From: Nanobdellota archaeon
Lineage (GTDB): Archaea; Aenigmatarchaeota; Aenigmatarchaeia; QMZP01
Assembly: GCA_043814765.1 (NCBI GenBank)
Contig: JBDRJQ010000028.1
Location: forward strand, 34,055 to 98,054
DNA: 64,000 nt
Direction of reading: 5' to 3'
Positions 28,172 through 37,189 of this stretch are shown here, in pieces. Under the pieces are notes generated by a model. That model saw only the letters and a list, made by a program, of their open reading frames with translations, made no database searches and was not told the origin of the DNA. Within the stretch, counting starts at the first letter, position 1, and every line of letters starts with the position of its first letter. Position numbers and translations under genes: made by a program.

Positions 28172-28498
28172 TTAGATTGATTTTTTATTTATTGAGTTCT
28201 TATTTAAATGCTTGACTAGGTTTTTATAGAAATCTATAGCCTCACTAAGCATTTTTTCACCCTTTTCAGTAATATGGTATATTTTCTTTCTGCCATATTC
28301 TTCTTTTCTAACAAGACCTGATTTCCCTAAAAGATACAAAACTTTATAGGCAGTCATAGTACCTGGCTTGAATCCGAATCTTTTTTCTATTTCTTTGCGC
28401 AGAGTGTATGCGTGTGACGGTTCATCTTTAAGTATATGCAATATATATATCCACAAACATTCCCTAGTATTCAGTAACTTAAGACGTCTAAGAGGCAT
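28172..28498 (-). CDS. PadR-family transcriptional regulator
   Basis: IL.IL..EP.HAY.L, Y.VL..L...GLV, KKIY.ITEKG winged helix. Confidence 0.88.
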   Translation of the reverse strand: MPLRRLKLLNTRECLWIYILHILKDEPSHAYTLRKEIEKRFGFKPGTMTAYKVLYLLGKSGLVRKEEYGRKKIYHITEKGEKMLSEAIDFYKNLVKHLNKNSINKKSI

Positions 28499-28538
28499 AT
28501 TATCTAATTCCTTGATTATCTTTGTCTATTAGTTCAAA

Positions 28539-28554
28539 GACGACTAAAGTCGTC
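28539..28554. promoter_or_regulatory. palindrome GACGACT-AA-AGTCGTC, candidate PadR operator
   Basis: Perfect inverted repeat upstream of padR; near-copy in front of ino1. Confidence 0.55.
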
Positions 28555-28602
28555 AAACTATATAATATTTTACATTTGTATAATATAACCTTTACAAAAC
28601 AA

Positions 28603-28686
28603 TGTCTTTCGTAGTGTCTTGCGTTCGGTTTTGAACGCAGAAAAACAAAACCTTTATATATACATTGTTACTAGGTAATAGTAACA
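28603..28686 (+). promoter_or_regulatory. promoter: TGTCTT(T/G)CGT boxes + TATA (28653) + TGTTACTA-N5-TAGTAACA palindrome
   Basis: Same elements and same TATA-to-palindrome spacing as at 32864..32979. Confidence 0.65.
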
Positions 28687-28866
28687 TAGCTCTTTTGAAC
28701 GGTAAAAGGTTCGCTGAGTTATCTTACACACGGAAAAAAAACTAGTTATTGGGTCTTAATGATCTGATAGCTTTCAACCATAATTGGTACACTGGAACTA
28801 TTTTTCAGCCTTAGGGCTCAATAATGAACGTGTGAATAAAACAAAAAAAATAAGGAGAAAACAGAA

Positions 28867-29619
28867 ATGAAGCTGTTAAAAACTACTGCCGTTCTTCTGT
28901 CGATTTTCTTTGTTCTCTGCATGGCCACTGTTTGCTATGCTGGCCCAGAAAACGGCAACGGCGCAGTTGACATTCTGACAAAGTCAGATTTGACTGATCT
29001 TCATAACACCATAATTATTGGAATTGTGGTGTTCGCATTAATCATGGTTGCGGTTATTCTTATTTTAATGTTTAGACCGCGACAAACACTTCCAGCAGTT
29101 GTTGAACTGGAACCGGAACCTGATAATCCTGAACCCAGCCCTGATTGGATGAGGTCCGGAGCAAAAAGAATAGCCAAAGAAGCGGTAGCTGGCATCGAAG
29201 AGGATCTCTCGATTGATATTGCCGGTGAATTGACAGATTTGGTAATAGGAGCAAGAACTGCTTCTGAAAACGCACGAAGAGAATTCATGCGTGTTTTCCG
29301 TCAAAGATTGAACGGTGGCAGCGATATCGATGCTCTTATAGATGAAGCCATCCGGCTAAGAGTGCGAGAACGGGGAGCTGAGCTTCCTCCGGAAGTTCTG
29401 GAACATGCAACAGATCCAACAGTTACTCAGGAAGAAGTGGATGCTCTTAACGCTGCTGTTAACACTGAAATGGCTCCGGACCCGATTCTGACATTACTTG
29501 AGCGATTAGTGGATGGTCAGGCTGCTGCAACAGAAGCTATTCGAAATTTGACAGCTGCTGTAACACCTCCCCCTGACGAAACATCGCATGCTCCAGACAG
29601 TAGCGGCGATGCAGGTTAA
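28867..29619 (+). CDS. secreted/membrane-anchored hypothetical protein
   Basis: Signal peptide, TM helix, EP-rich linker, acidic helical tail; AAGGAG SD. Confidence 0.75.
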   Translation: MKLLKTTAVLLSIFFVLCMATVCYAGPENGNGAVDILTKSDLTDLHNTIIIGIVVFALIMVAVILILMFRPRQTLPAVVELEPEPDNPEPSPDWMRSGAKRIAKEAVAGIEEDLSIDIAGELTDLVIGARTASENARREFMRVFRQRLNGGSDIDALIDEAIRLRVRERGAELPPEVLEHATDPTVTQEEVDALNAAVNTEMAPDPILTLLERLVDGQAAATEAIRNLTAAVTPPPDETSHAPDSSGDAG

Positions 29620-29640
29620 CCCCCAACTGCCCAATAAACA

Positions 29641-29675
29641 TGGGAGGAGAGTCTGTTCAATCAGGCCTCCTCCCA
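29641..29675 (+). other. GC-rich intergenic stem-loop
   Basis: TGGGAGGAG/CTCCTCCCA outer stem, GTCTG/CAGGC inner stem. Confidence 0.6.
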
Positions 29676-29705
29676 AAAATCTCTGAACATTAAACAAGGA
29701 GGATT

Positions 29706-30185
29706 ATGATGAGAATCCTAAACATAATCTCATCTTTTTTTATTGCTTTCTGGGGACTGGTTAAGGGATTCTTCACCATTCTCCTGAAGTGCATTTGGAT
29801 AGCAATCAAGTGGTTTTTCATAGCCCTTTGGAAACTGCTTAATTGGATCTGGAATAAAATCATTCTTGTCCAGAATTGGTTCAAAAGGACCAAACTTGGA
29901 CGGGATTTGCGAAGAGGAAAGCGATGGCCGCGCATCACAGTGATGAGCCTAATGCTTTTCATTCTTTTTTCCGTCTTATGTTTTTCACTTCTTTTCTCCG
30001 GTCATAAAATGACTGGATTAATAATATCATTGTTTATTCTTTTTGGTCTTGTGCCTTTCTTTGGCACATGGGCCAGAAATATGTATCAAGCAGAGAATGC
30101 CGAACCAAAAAAGCGGCACTCAATGATTGACCATATTCCCTGGCCGTGGCTGAAAAATCATCCCTGGCGCAGAATTACAGCATAG
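29706..30185 (+). CDS. membrane protein with Trp/Lys-rich amphipathic N-terminus
   Basis: IW.AIKWFF.ALWKLLNWIW periodicity, two TM helices; AAGGAGG SD. Confidence 0.7.
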   Translation: MMRILNIISSFFIAFWGLVKGFFTILLKCIWIAIKWFFIALWKLLNWIWNKIILVQNWFKRTKLGRDLRRGKRWPRITVMSLMLFILFSVLCFSLLFSGHKMTGLIISLFILFGLVPFFGTWARNMYQAENAEPKKRHSMIDHIPWPWLKNHPWRRITA

Positions 30186-30239
30186 ATATCCTGATGAGGA
30201 TGATTCCTGGGTGGAAAAAAAGGAAGAGAGGAGATCATC

Positions 30240-30575
30240 ATGGATGCAATTACCATCTCGGTTGGGCATCTGACATGCCTGCTATATCTCGCTTATATGG
30301 TGGGTTGGGTGCTAACCGAATTTGTCGCATATGCGACAAAAAACTTGAAGAGAAGAGGGGTAATCGTTCTGTTCTTGATTATCCTGCTGTGCACCGCTGT
30401 TCTGTTGCATAATTTCAACAAATGGGATGCATATGGATCGTTTTTCATGGCGACTCTGTTTGTCTTCCCTCCGGCCGCTTTGGTGTTGCTTTCTCGAGAG
30501 GTAAGAGGAGGCAACAAATCAATTAGGGAGAGGATGAGAATCTTTGGTGGTGGCACTAAAGGAGATTCATCATGA
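30240..30575 (+). CDS. small three-TM membrane protein
   Basis: Hydrophobic segments; AGGAG SD. Confidence 0.65.
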   Translation: MDAITISVGHLTCLLYLAYMVGWVLTEFVAYATKNLKRRGVIVLFLIILLCTAVLLHNFNKWDAYGSFFMATLFVFPPAALVLLSREVRGGNKSIRERMRIFGGGTKGDSS

Positions 30576-30871
30576 ACAATTTTAATTTTATTATCGGAAT
30601 CCTGGTAATCTCGACGCTTCTTTGTCTGGTTTTTGCTGTATGGAATTATCTGAAGCTCAAACGTTATCAGAACACTTATGTTTGGGCAAGTGGCAAAACT
30701 CAGAAAGGTGAGGACTTTCTCATTCTTTCAATTGAGGGTAAAGATGAGGATGCCACTCAGTATGAGTGCCATCGAGATGAAGAGGGCAAGATAACAATTA
30801 TCGGACCTGCTGGTGAAAACCTTAAAGGCATTCAACACACGTTCGGTAACGGATATCGTCCTCGGATTTAG
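30572..30871 (+). CDS. single-TM hypothetical protein
   Basis: ATGA overlap with previous gene; AAAGGAG SD. Confidence 0.65.
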   Translation: MNNFNFIIGILVISTLLCLVFAVWNYLKLKRYQNTYVWASGKTQKGEDFLILSIEGKDEDATQYECHRDEEGKITIIGPAGENLKGIQHTFGNGYRPRI

Positions 30872-30956
30872 TTCAGGTAGAGGATGAGACCTCGTGGAAC
30901 TTTAGGGTTTGATGGTGAGATACGATCAAAAATCCAAAGACCTAAGGAGGTCAACA

Positions 30957-31544
30957 ATGCAGATCGATTTGAATTACGTAGTAAACGCCATTCTGACCAA
31001 CCTGGCATATGCAGTTGCGCTTGGGCTGGTTATGTGGGGAATTTGCAGGCTTCTGATAAAAGAACCTGAGGGCAATTACTGGGCACCAAGGGTCATGATG
31101 GTAATATTCCTGATCTCTGCGCTTGTCTTCACATTTTCTGTTGGAAGAATAACATTCCCAGCAGTTGACAATGCTGTAGAAAACATTTTCTCAGGTGTTT
31201 CAACATCGATAGCAAGTGCAACACCACATCCTGTGGTAAACATTCAGGTTGACACACCTCCTCCTACTGTAGTAATACAGAAGGAGACGAGTCAGCCAGT
31301 GGTCCGCGAAAGCGAACCGGTTCCAGAAACAACAGAAGGGGATACCTCAAATGAGAAATTTTCTGTAGACGGTCAGTTTGAAGATGGTACACCATACCAT
31401 CTTTACACGATTGTCAGGGGCAATACCATATACAGCTTGTCCCGCAGATTTGGTGTCACCCAGGATGAACTTATGAGGCGGAACGATCTTAGGATTGGAA
31501 CGCCTCTCCGTATCGGGAGGGATCTCAGGATTCCTATCAAATGA
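30957..31544 (+). CDS. membrane-anchored LysM-domain protein
   Basis: C-terminal YTIVRGNTIYSLSRRFGVTQDELMRRNDL....LRIGRDLRIP; two TM helices and a P/T/E linker; TAAGGAGGT SD fixes the start at 30957. Confidence 0.85.
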   Translation: MQIDLNYVVNAILTNLAYAVALGLVMWGICRLLIKEPEGNYWAPRVMMVIFLISALVFTFSVGRITFPAVDNAVENIFSGVSTSIASATPHPVVNIQVDTPPPTVVIQKETSQPVVRESEPVPETTEGDTSNEKFSVDGQFEDGTPYHLYTIVRGNTIYSLSRRFGVTQDELMRRNDLRIGTPLRIGRDLRIPIK

Positions 31545-31570
31545 AGCACAAACAATTGAATAGGTAACTT

Positions 31571-31602
31571 GGGAGGGGAGAAAAATCCTCCCTTTCCCTT
31601 TT
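31571..31602 (+). terminator. hairpin + U-tract terminator after the LysM operon
   Basis: GGGAGGGGAG...CTCCCTTTCCC followed by TTTT. Confidence 0.6.
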
Positions 31603-31695
31603 CATATGTCTATCTATAGGGATATATAAATATATTTTACACTAGTAAAGTATTTAAATTTGCAAATACAATTATTTTACAGGTATAAAATAGTT

Positions 31696-31712
31696 GACGA
31701 CTTTATGTCGTC
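31696..31712. promoter_or_regulatory. palindrome GACGAC-TTTAT-GTCGTC, candidate PadR operator of ino1
   Basis: TAGTTGACGACTTTATGTCGTCTTT vs reverse complement of 28536..28560, TAGTTTGACGACTTTAGTCGTCTTT. Confidence 0.55.
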
Positions 31713-31724
31713 TTTAGATATCAG

Positions 31725-32834
31725 GTGATGTTTTTGAAGGAAATTAAAGTTGCTATCGCAGGAATTGGGAACTGTTGCAGTTCTCTTATACAGGGAATTC
31801 ATTATTATAAGAATGTTGACTCAAATGGAGAAAGCATTCCTGGGCTGATGAACAATGTTATTGGGGGTTATAAGATAAGCGACATAAAACCTGTAGCTGC
31901 TTTTGATATTGATATTAGAAAGGTTGGCAGAGATCTGTCTGAAGCTATATTCGCTGAACCAAACTGTACTATAATATTCCATAAGGATGTTCCTCATCAG
32001 GATGTTGAAGTAAAGATGGCTCCTGTTCTTGATGGTGTAGCTCCTCATATGAAGGAGTTTCCAGACCATCAAACATTCAAGATTTCTAATGAAAAACCAG
32101 TAGATGTAACAAAGGTTCTTAAAGAAAGCGGAGCAGAGATGCTCATCAACTACCTTCCTGTAGGTTCTGAGGACGCTGTAAGGTATTATGCTCAGGCTGC
32201 TTTAGATGCAGGATGTGCTTTTGTTAATTGTATGCCTGTTTTCATTGCGTCCACTGATGAGTGGGCAAAGAAGTTCGAGGATAAAGGGCTTCCTATAGTC
32301 GGTGATGACATCAAGGCACAGATAGGTGCAACTATAACTCATAGAACACTCGTAAAGTTATTTTCTGATAGAGGTGTAAAGATAGAAAGAACATATCAGC
32401 TTAATACCGGTGGAAACACCGACTTCCTTAACATGATAGAGCGCTCAAGACTCAAAAGCAAGAAGATAAGCAAAACTTCTTCTGTGCAATCACAGCTACC
32501 AACTCCTTTGCATCCTGATAACATACACATAGGACCAAGTGATTATATCCCATGGCAGAAAGACAACAAGATATGTTTCTTGAGGATAGAAGGAAGGAAG
32601 TTTGGAAACGTTCCTACCCATATAGAAGCTCGTCTTTCAGTAGAAGATTCACCCAACAGCGCAGGATGCGTAATAGACGCAGTGCGCTGCGCAAAGCTAG
32701 CATTGGATCGTGGCGTAGGAGGAAGGCTGCTGTCAATTTCAGCATACACAATGAAGCATCCGCCAACACAATATCCTGATACTTTGGCAAAGCAGATGGT
32801 TGAAGAGTTCATCAAAGGGGAAAGGGAACGTTAA
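31725..32834 (+). CDS. ino1: myo-inositol-1-phosphate synthase
   Basis: GIGNCCSSLIQG, NYLPVGS, GDDIKAQIGAT, QLNTGGNTDFLNM, EDSPNSAG. Confidence 0.97.
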   Translation: MMFLKEIKVAIAGIGNCCSSLIQGIHYYKNVDSNGESIPGLMNNVIGGYKISDIKPVAAFDIDIRKVGRDLSEAIFAEPNCTIIFHKDVPHQDVEVKMAPVLDGVAPHMKEFPDHQTFKISNEKPVDVTKVLKESGAEMLINYLPVGSEDAVRYYAQAALDAGCAFVNCMPVFIASTDEWAKKFEDKGLPIVGDDIKAQIGATITHRTLVKLFSDRGVKIERTYQLNTGGNTDFLNMIERSRLKSKKISKTSSVQSQLPTPLHPDNIHIGPSDYIPWQKDNKICFLRIEGRKFGNVPTHIEARLSVEDSPNSAGCVIDAVRCAKLALDRGVGGRLLSISAYTMKHPPTQYPDTLAKQMVEEFIKGERER

Positions 32835-32863
32835 AATTTATATAGTATCTTGTTATTTCTTTA

Positions 32864-32979
32864 TTGTCTTGCGCAAGACAAGATTTGTCTTTCGTAATGA
32901 AAACAGCACAAATCGAGCTCAAAAAGTGTCTTGCGTACCGATAGCTTTATAAAGCCTTTGTCACTATTTAATAGTAACA
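32864..32979 (+). promoter_or_regulatory. promoter: TGTCTT(T/G)CG boxes (one as palindrome TTGTCTTGCGCAAGACAA) + TATA (32946) + TGTCACTA-N5-TAGTAACA
   Basis: Matches the architecture at 28603..28686. Confidence 0.65.
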
Positions 32980-33015
32980 ATATGATAAAAACATCGAATA
33001 GGTGTGGAGGTCAAT

Positions 33016-33690
33016 ATGAGTAATATATATGTTTCGGAAAATGTTGCAAAACATTTTATACAAGGTGTGACTGATCACGCCATGGAAGGACAATTGTTAG
33101 ACATAGAAGGAGAAAAAGAGTTTGTTGTAACATACAGACATGAAGGAAATTTAATTCAAAACACTTTAGTTTTTCCTGTAAGTGGAAGTATTGAAATTTC
33201 AGTAGATTCTTTAAGAAAAAAATATCCAAACATTTACAAAACATTAACAAAAAATAATGATATTGGAGATGCAGATAATGTTCTTTTATACGAAACAGAT
33301 TTTACAAAACACAGAGAATTAGTTATTAGCAAAAACGCTAATAATGAAAATTTAGCAAAATATATTGATTTTAATGATAATCGTATCCCGTCATATGCAA
33401 ATAGTGAGTTTGAGCCTGTAGAGGATAATTCTTTAGATAACTTGAAAGAGTCTGCAAATTCAGACTTAGAGTATAAAAGAGTAAATGGAGTTGTAAGAAA
33501 CTCACTAACATTCAACTATGGTGAAGAAGAAGCCCAGAGAATGCTAGAAAACTACGGAGAACTTTGGTTTGCTGAAAATGGTCAATTCGCAGGAGCTAGA
33601 GAATGGAATCAATTAGGTGAAGAAAAAGGTTGGGATTTCATGAAAAGGTACACTGAAGATGCAAAAAGGTTTGCACCTACAAAAGTTTAG
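33016..33690 (+). CDS. hypothetical protein (paralogue of 33711..34265)
   Basis: GGAGGT SD before MSNIYVSENVA; NTLVF motif shared with the next gene. Confidence 0.7.
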   Translation: MSNIYVSENVAKHFIQGVTDHAMEGQLLDIEGEKEFVVTYRHEGNLIQNTLVFPVSGSIEISVDSLRKKYPNIYKTLTKNNDIGDADNVLLYETDFTKHRELVISKNANNENLAKYIDFNDNRIPSYANSEFEPVEDNSLDNLKESANSDLEYKRVNGVVRNSLTFNYGEEEAQRMLENYGELWFAENGQFAGAREWNQLGEEKGWDFMKRYTEDAKRFAPTKV

Positions 33691-33691
33691 A

Positions 33692-34278
33692 ATTAGATTA
33701 GAGGTAAAATATGGACAATAAATATGTTTCAGAGAATATAGCATTGCTTAAGGATGTTTTGGTTAGCTATTGTATTCTAGAAGGGACATTGATAGAAGGA
33801 TTGAATGAAAATGAAAGCGGTATCCCAATGTCACCAATGTTCATCAATTCGTATGATGATGAAGATGGAGAATATGTACATTTACTTAAATCTGGTTGCG
33901 ATGTTAAATCTAGAAATACACTTGTATTTGATGTTGTTGATTATGTTGAAATCGATAAAGAAACTTTCGATATAATAAGTGATACTATGGGCAGAAACAG
34001 GCACGTATATACTTCTTCTGAAAAAATAGAAGAAATGAAAAGTATTTACGATCAAGGTAAAAAAGTGCTTTTCCCATTGCTTCCGGGAAGAACCGATAAT
34101 TGGATTTACAAAAAATATAGATCAATTGTGGCTAAAGAAAGAATGAAAATATTTAAAGATGTTCCTATAGTTGAAGCCATTAGATCTGATTCCGGTAGCA
34201 GAAAACATAACAGTTATCCAGCAGGAACAGATTCTGAAAAATTGTTTGAGGGGATATTAGATTAGAGGTAAAATATGG
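33692..34278 (+). repeat. 23-bp direct repeat ATTAGATTAGAGGTAAAATATGG (33692-33714 and 34256-34278)
   Basis: Exact copies, each containing RBS and start codon, bracketing gene 33711..34265. Confidence 0.85.
33711..34265 (+). CDS. hypothetical protein (paralogue of 33016..33690)
   Basis: MDNKYVSENIA and NTLVFDV motifs. Confidence 0.7.
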   Translation: MDNKYVSENIALLKDVLVSYCILEGTLIEGLNENESGIPMSPMFINSYDDEDGEYVHLLKSGCDVKSRNTLVFDVVDYVEIDKETFDIISDTMGRNRHVYTSSEKIEEMKSIYDQGKKVLFPLLPGRTDNWIYKKYRSIVAKERMKIFKDVPIVEAIRSDSGSRKHNSYPAGTDSEKLFEGILD

Positions 34279-34880
34279 CTGAAAAGAAAGGAAGAAAATA
34301 TTTCGATGCAGAAGAACTAGAGGACATCTATTCATCTGGCATAGGTGAGGAACGCAGACATGAATTCTTAGACACACCTACATCTTGGGATGACATAGAC
34401 AAAGAGCCACGTGAAAGAGTGGAAAAGGTTCGCATCAAGACAGTTCAGACAATGCCTCGTCTTGAAGAAGAAGAGATGGACAAACTTAAGATAATCAGCC
34501 CAAAAATAATTGGCAGTCTTTTTGATAGAGTAAAATTTTTGAAAGAAAGAATAGAAGAAACACAAAACACAATGAAAATGCGTACTGATATTCATAATGA
34601 CATGTTAGCAGAGATAACTGAGGATATTAAGGAAAGACAGGGAATGTTGGGAAAGGCCATGAGCCTTGACGAGCAAAGAAGCATAAAACTTGACATGTCT
34701 GTTCTTAGAAAGGAAAAAAGAAAGGAAATAATTCAGTTATGGAGAGATATGTTTGATCTAAGAACTGAACTAAAGGAATTACTAGAACAGTTCCAAAATG
34801 AACAAAAGCTTGCAGATCTTTTCTCTGAAATAAAACCTGAGAATAATAAGAAGGGAGGCATCGGAGAATCCGATATCTAG
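34275..34880 (+). CDS. coiled-coil protein
   Basis: Long charged helical heptad region, directly upstream of the ATPase. Confidence 0.75.
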   Translation: MAEKKGRKYFDAEELEDIYSSGIGEERRHEFLDTPTSWDDIDKEPRERVEKVRIKTVQTMPRLEEEEMDKLKIISPKIIGSLFDRVKFLKERIEETQNTMKMRTDIHNDMLAEITEDIKERQGMLGKAMSLDEQRSIKLDMSVLRKEKRKEIIQLWRDMFDLRTELKELLEQFQNEQKLADLFSEIKPENNKKGGIGESDI

Positions 34881-34893
34881 GCAGGTTATAATT

Positions 34894-37131
34894 ATGATAG
34901 ACATAAAAGAAAGATTATTCACTAGCGAAGTTAAGAAACTTATTCCAATCCTAGGCAGGGTTAATGTTGAAAGACTTAGCAAGGCATACTTGCTTGGTGA
35001 TGAAGATACCAGATTAAGAATCTTCGAATTAATAGACGTAGCTAAGGCTGCTGTTTTCAGCGAAAACGAGCTTGGCGAAAGCATATTAATGGAGCCGCCT
35101 GAAAAAGAAGCTGTAGCTAAAGGAGAATTGACTCTTGGCAGTGTTCTTTATGGAAAGAAAAAAATGTATCCATTGAGATTCGAAAAGCAAAGGCTTTTGA
35201 TGCACATGGGTATATTCGGTTCGTCTGGTTATGGTAAAACAAACCTTGCTCACAAAATGATACTAGAAATGGCAAACGAGGAATTGCCTATATTGATATT
35301 TGATTTCTCAAAGAGAAATTACAGAAAGCTATTAAGAACACCACTAAAGGACAGAATAGATATTTACACCGTGGGCAGAAACACATCACCATTCAAATTC
35401 AATCCGCTTGTTCCTCCTGAAGGCATTCAAATGTCTCAGTGGATGAAGGAGTTCTCATCTGTATTCGATCATGCTTATTTCCTTATGGGCGGTGGTAGGC
35501 ACATAATTATGAAGGCTTTTGACGGAGCTTTCGATGAGTCTGAAAAAACACCAAGATTGAGGGACCTTAAGGATTGGATAAACGAATACGCAGAACTCAA
35601 ACTGCCAATGAGAGAGAAGAACTGGATAGCAACAGCTGCAAGGCCGTTGGATTCTCTAGTCTTCAGGGAAATTGGAGAGATATTTGATTGTGATGTTGGT
35701 GTAAGGCCGTCTGATTTTTTCAAGAAAGGCAAGATAACTATTCTTGAACTGGATGCTCTTGACACTAATGACAAGACATTTTTCATAGAAATACTGTTAC
35801 AGTGGATAAGAGATTGGCTTTTGGTAAACGATAAAAGAGAAGAGCTTATAGGAGCCATTATTTTAGAGGAAGCGCACCATGTTCTGAACCGTGAAAAATC
35901 TATAAGAACTGGTTCAGAAACTGTTATGGATCTTTTGTTCAGAGAGATTAGAGAGCTAGGTCTAGGCATTATTTACTTGGATCAGCACCCATCTTTAGTT
36001 TCTTATCCGGCTCTGGGTAATACATCTACTCATATTTATATGAATCTGGGACTTGATACAAAGCAGTCTTCAGATATACTAGATGCAACTCACATGCTTG
36101 GATTAGATTATGAAGAGGAAGGCAGCTATCTCAGAAGGCTTCCTGTAGGACAAGGCTTTATGCTTTGCAGAAACTTCGAATTCCCAAGACCATTCCTTGT
36201 AAACTTCGATGAAGTGAAATTCACTGAAAAGGTAATAAAGGATGAAGAAGTAGCAGAACTGATGAAAACATACGACAAGATTGTATCCAAACCAGTAGAA
36301 CATAAAGTTGCAGAAAACATACCCAAAGAAGTAGTTAAGAAAACAAATGAAATAACAAGCGATATACAAAAAGCTGCTAATGATCTTTTACGGGAAATAA
36401 AGCTGCTTACAGAAGAGTCTAGGGAATATGCTAAAGAAGAGTATATGGAAGACGCTAAAGAAGATGTAGTTGAGGAACCTGAAGAAAGAACAGAAATTAT
36501 AGAACCTAAAATAGAAACACCAAAATTAGAAGACGTTAGCACAGTGGATATGCCCTTAGATAAGATAGACAAACAGGCATGGAAAATAATTGATGTTGTT
36601 GGTAACGGTCATGGTGCATTTGCATCACAGATATACAAAAACGCCAGAGTATCTGGCACTGTTTTCAATGAAAAAATAGAGACACTTTTAGACCTGGGCT
36701 TAATTAAGCGTGTTGGTGGCAAAAGTGGCAAGAACAAGCTTCATTTTTATTACTTGACTGAAAAGGGAGAAAGGACATTTGATAGCAACTTCAGAAGATA
36801 TGAAGGTGCTGTGGATGCTGACCTTTCAGGATTGCTAGAGCTGTTCTCTTTAGTCGGATGGAAAGCTACTCGTAAAGTAGACATTCTGGAAATAACCAAA
36901 GAGGATGAGATACTTCCAGTTGCAATTATAGATTACACAGACAAAAATAAAATGTACGAAAGACTAAAGATAAACAAACATTTTGTATGCGCAAACGAGA
37001 CGCTAAAAAACATATTGGTGCAACAGGCAGCCAAGCGTTCATTAAAGAAACCAGGATTAACAATATTCGTTTCTACATTCAAGGATTTTGAAGATAACAC
37101 AAAATTCGACAAAATAGAGTTCGATATTTGA
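34894..37131 (+). CDS. HerA/VirB4/FtsK-superfamily (DUF87-like) ATPase with C-terminal winged helix
   Basis: H.GIFGSSGYGKT Walker A, IFD, FNPL, ILEEAHH Walker B, REIRELG, DQHPS; C-terminal LLDLGLI...YYLTEKG. Confidence 0.85.
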   Translation: MIDIKERLFTSEVKKLIPILGRVNVERLSKAYLLGDEDTRLRIFELIDVAKAAVFSENELGESILMEPPEKEAVAKGELTLGSVLYGKKKMYPLRFEKQRLLMHMGIFGSSGYGKTNLAHKMILEMANEELPILIFDFSKRNYRKLLRTPLKDRIDIYTVGRNTSPFKFNPLVPPEGIQMSQWMKEFSSVFDHAYFLMGGGRHIIMKAFDGAFDESEKTPRLRDLKDWINEYAELKLPMREKNWIATAARPLDSLVFREIGEIFDCDVGVRPSDFFKKGKITILELDALDTNDKTFFIEILLQWIRDWLLVNDKREELIGAIILEEAHHVLNREKSIRTGSETVMDLLFREIRELGLGIIYLDQHPSLVSYPALGNTSTHIYMNLGLDTKQSSDILDATHMLGLDYEEEGSYLRRLPVGQGFMLCRNFEFPRPFLVNFDEVKFTEKVIKDEEVAELMKTYDKIVSKPVEHKVAENIPKEVVKKTNEITSDIQKAANDLLREIKLLTEESREYAKEEYMEDAKEDVVEEPEERTEIIEPKIETPKLEDVSTVDMPLDKIDKQAWKIIDVVGNGHGAFASQIYKNARVSGTVFNEKIETLLDLGLIKRVGGKSGKNKLHFYYLTEKGERTFDSNFRRYEGAVDADLSGLLELFSLVGWKATRKVDILEITKEDEILPVAIIDYTDKNKMYERLKINKHFVCANETLKNILVQQAAKRSLKKPGLTIFVSTFKDFEDNTKFDKIEFDI

Positions 37132-37189
37132 GCTCAAACACAACATGTTGTGGATTAATTTTAAATAAGTTAGTGGATAAAGTATAACT

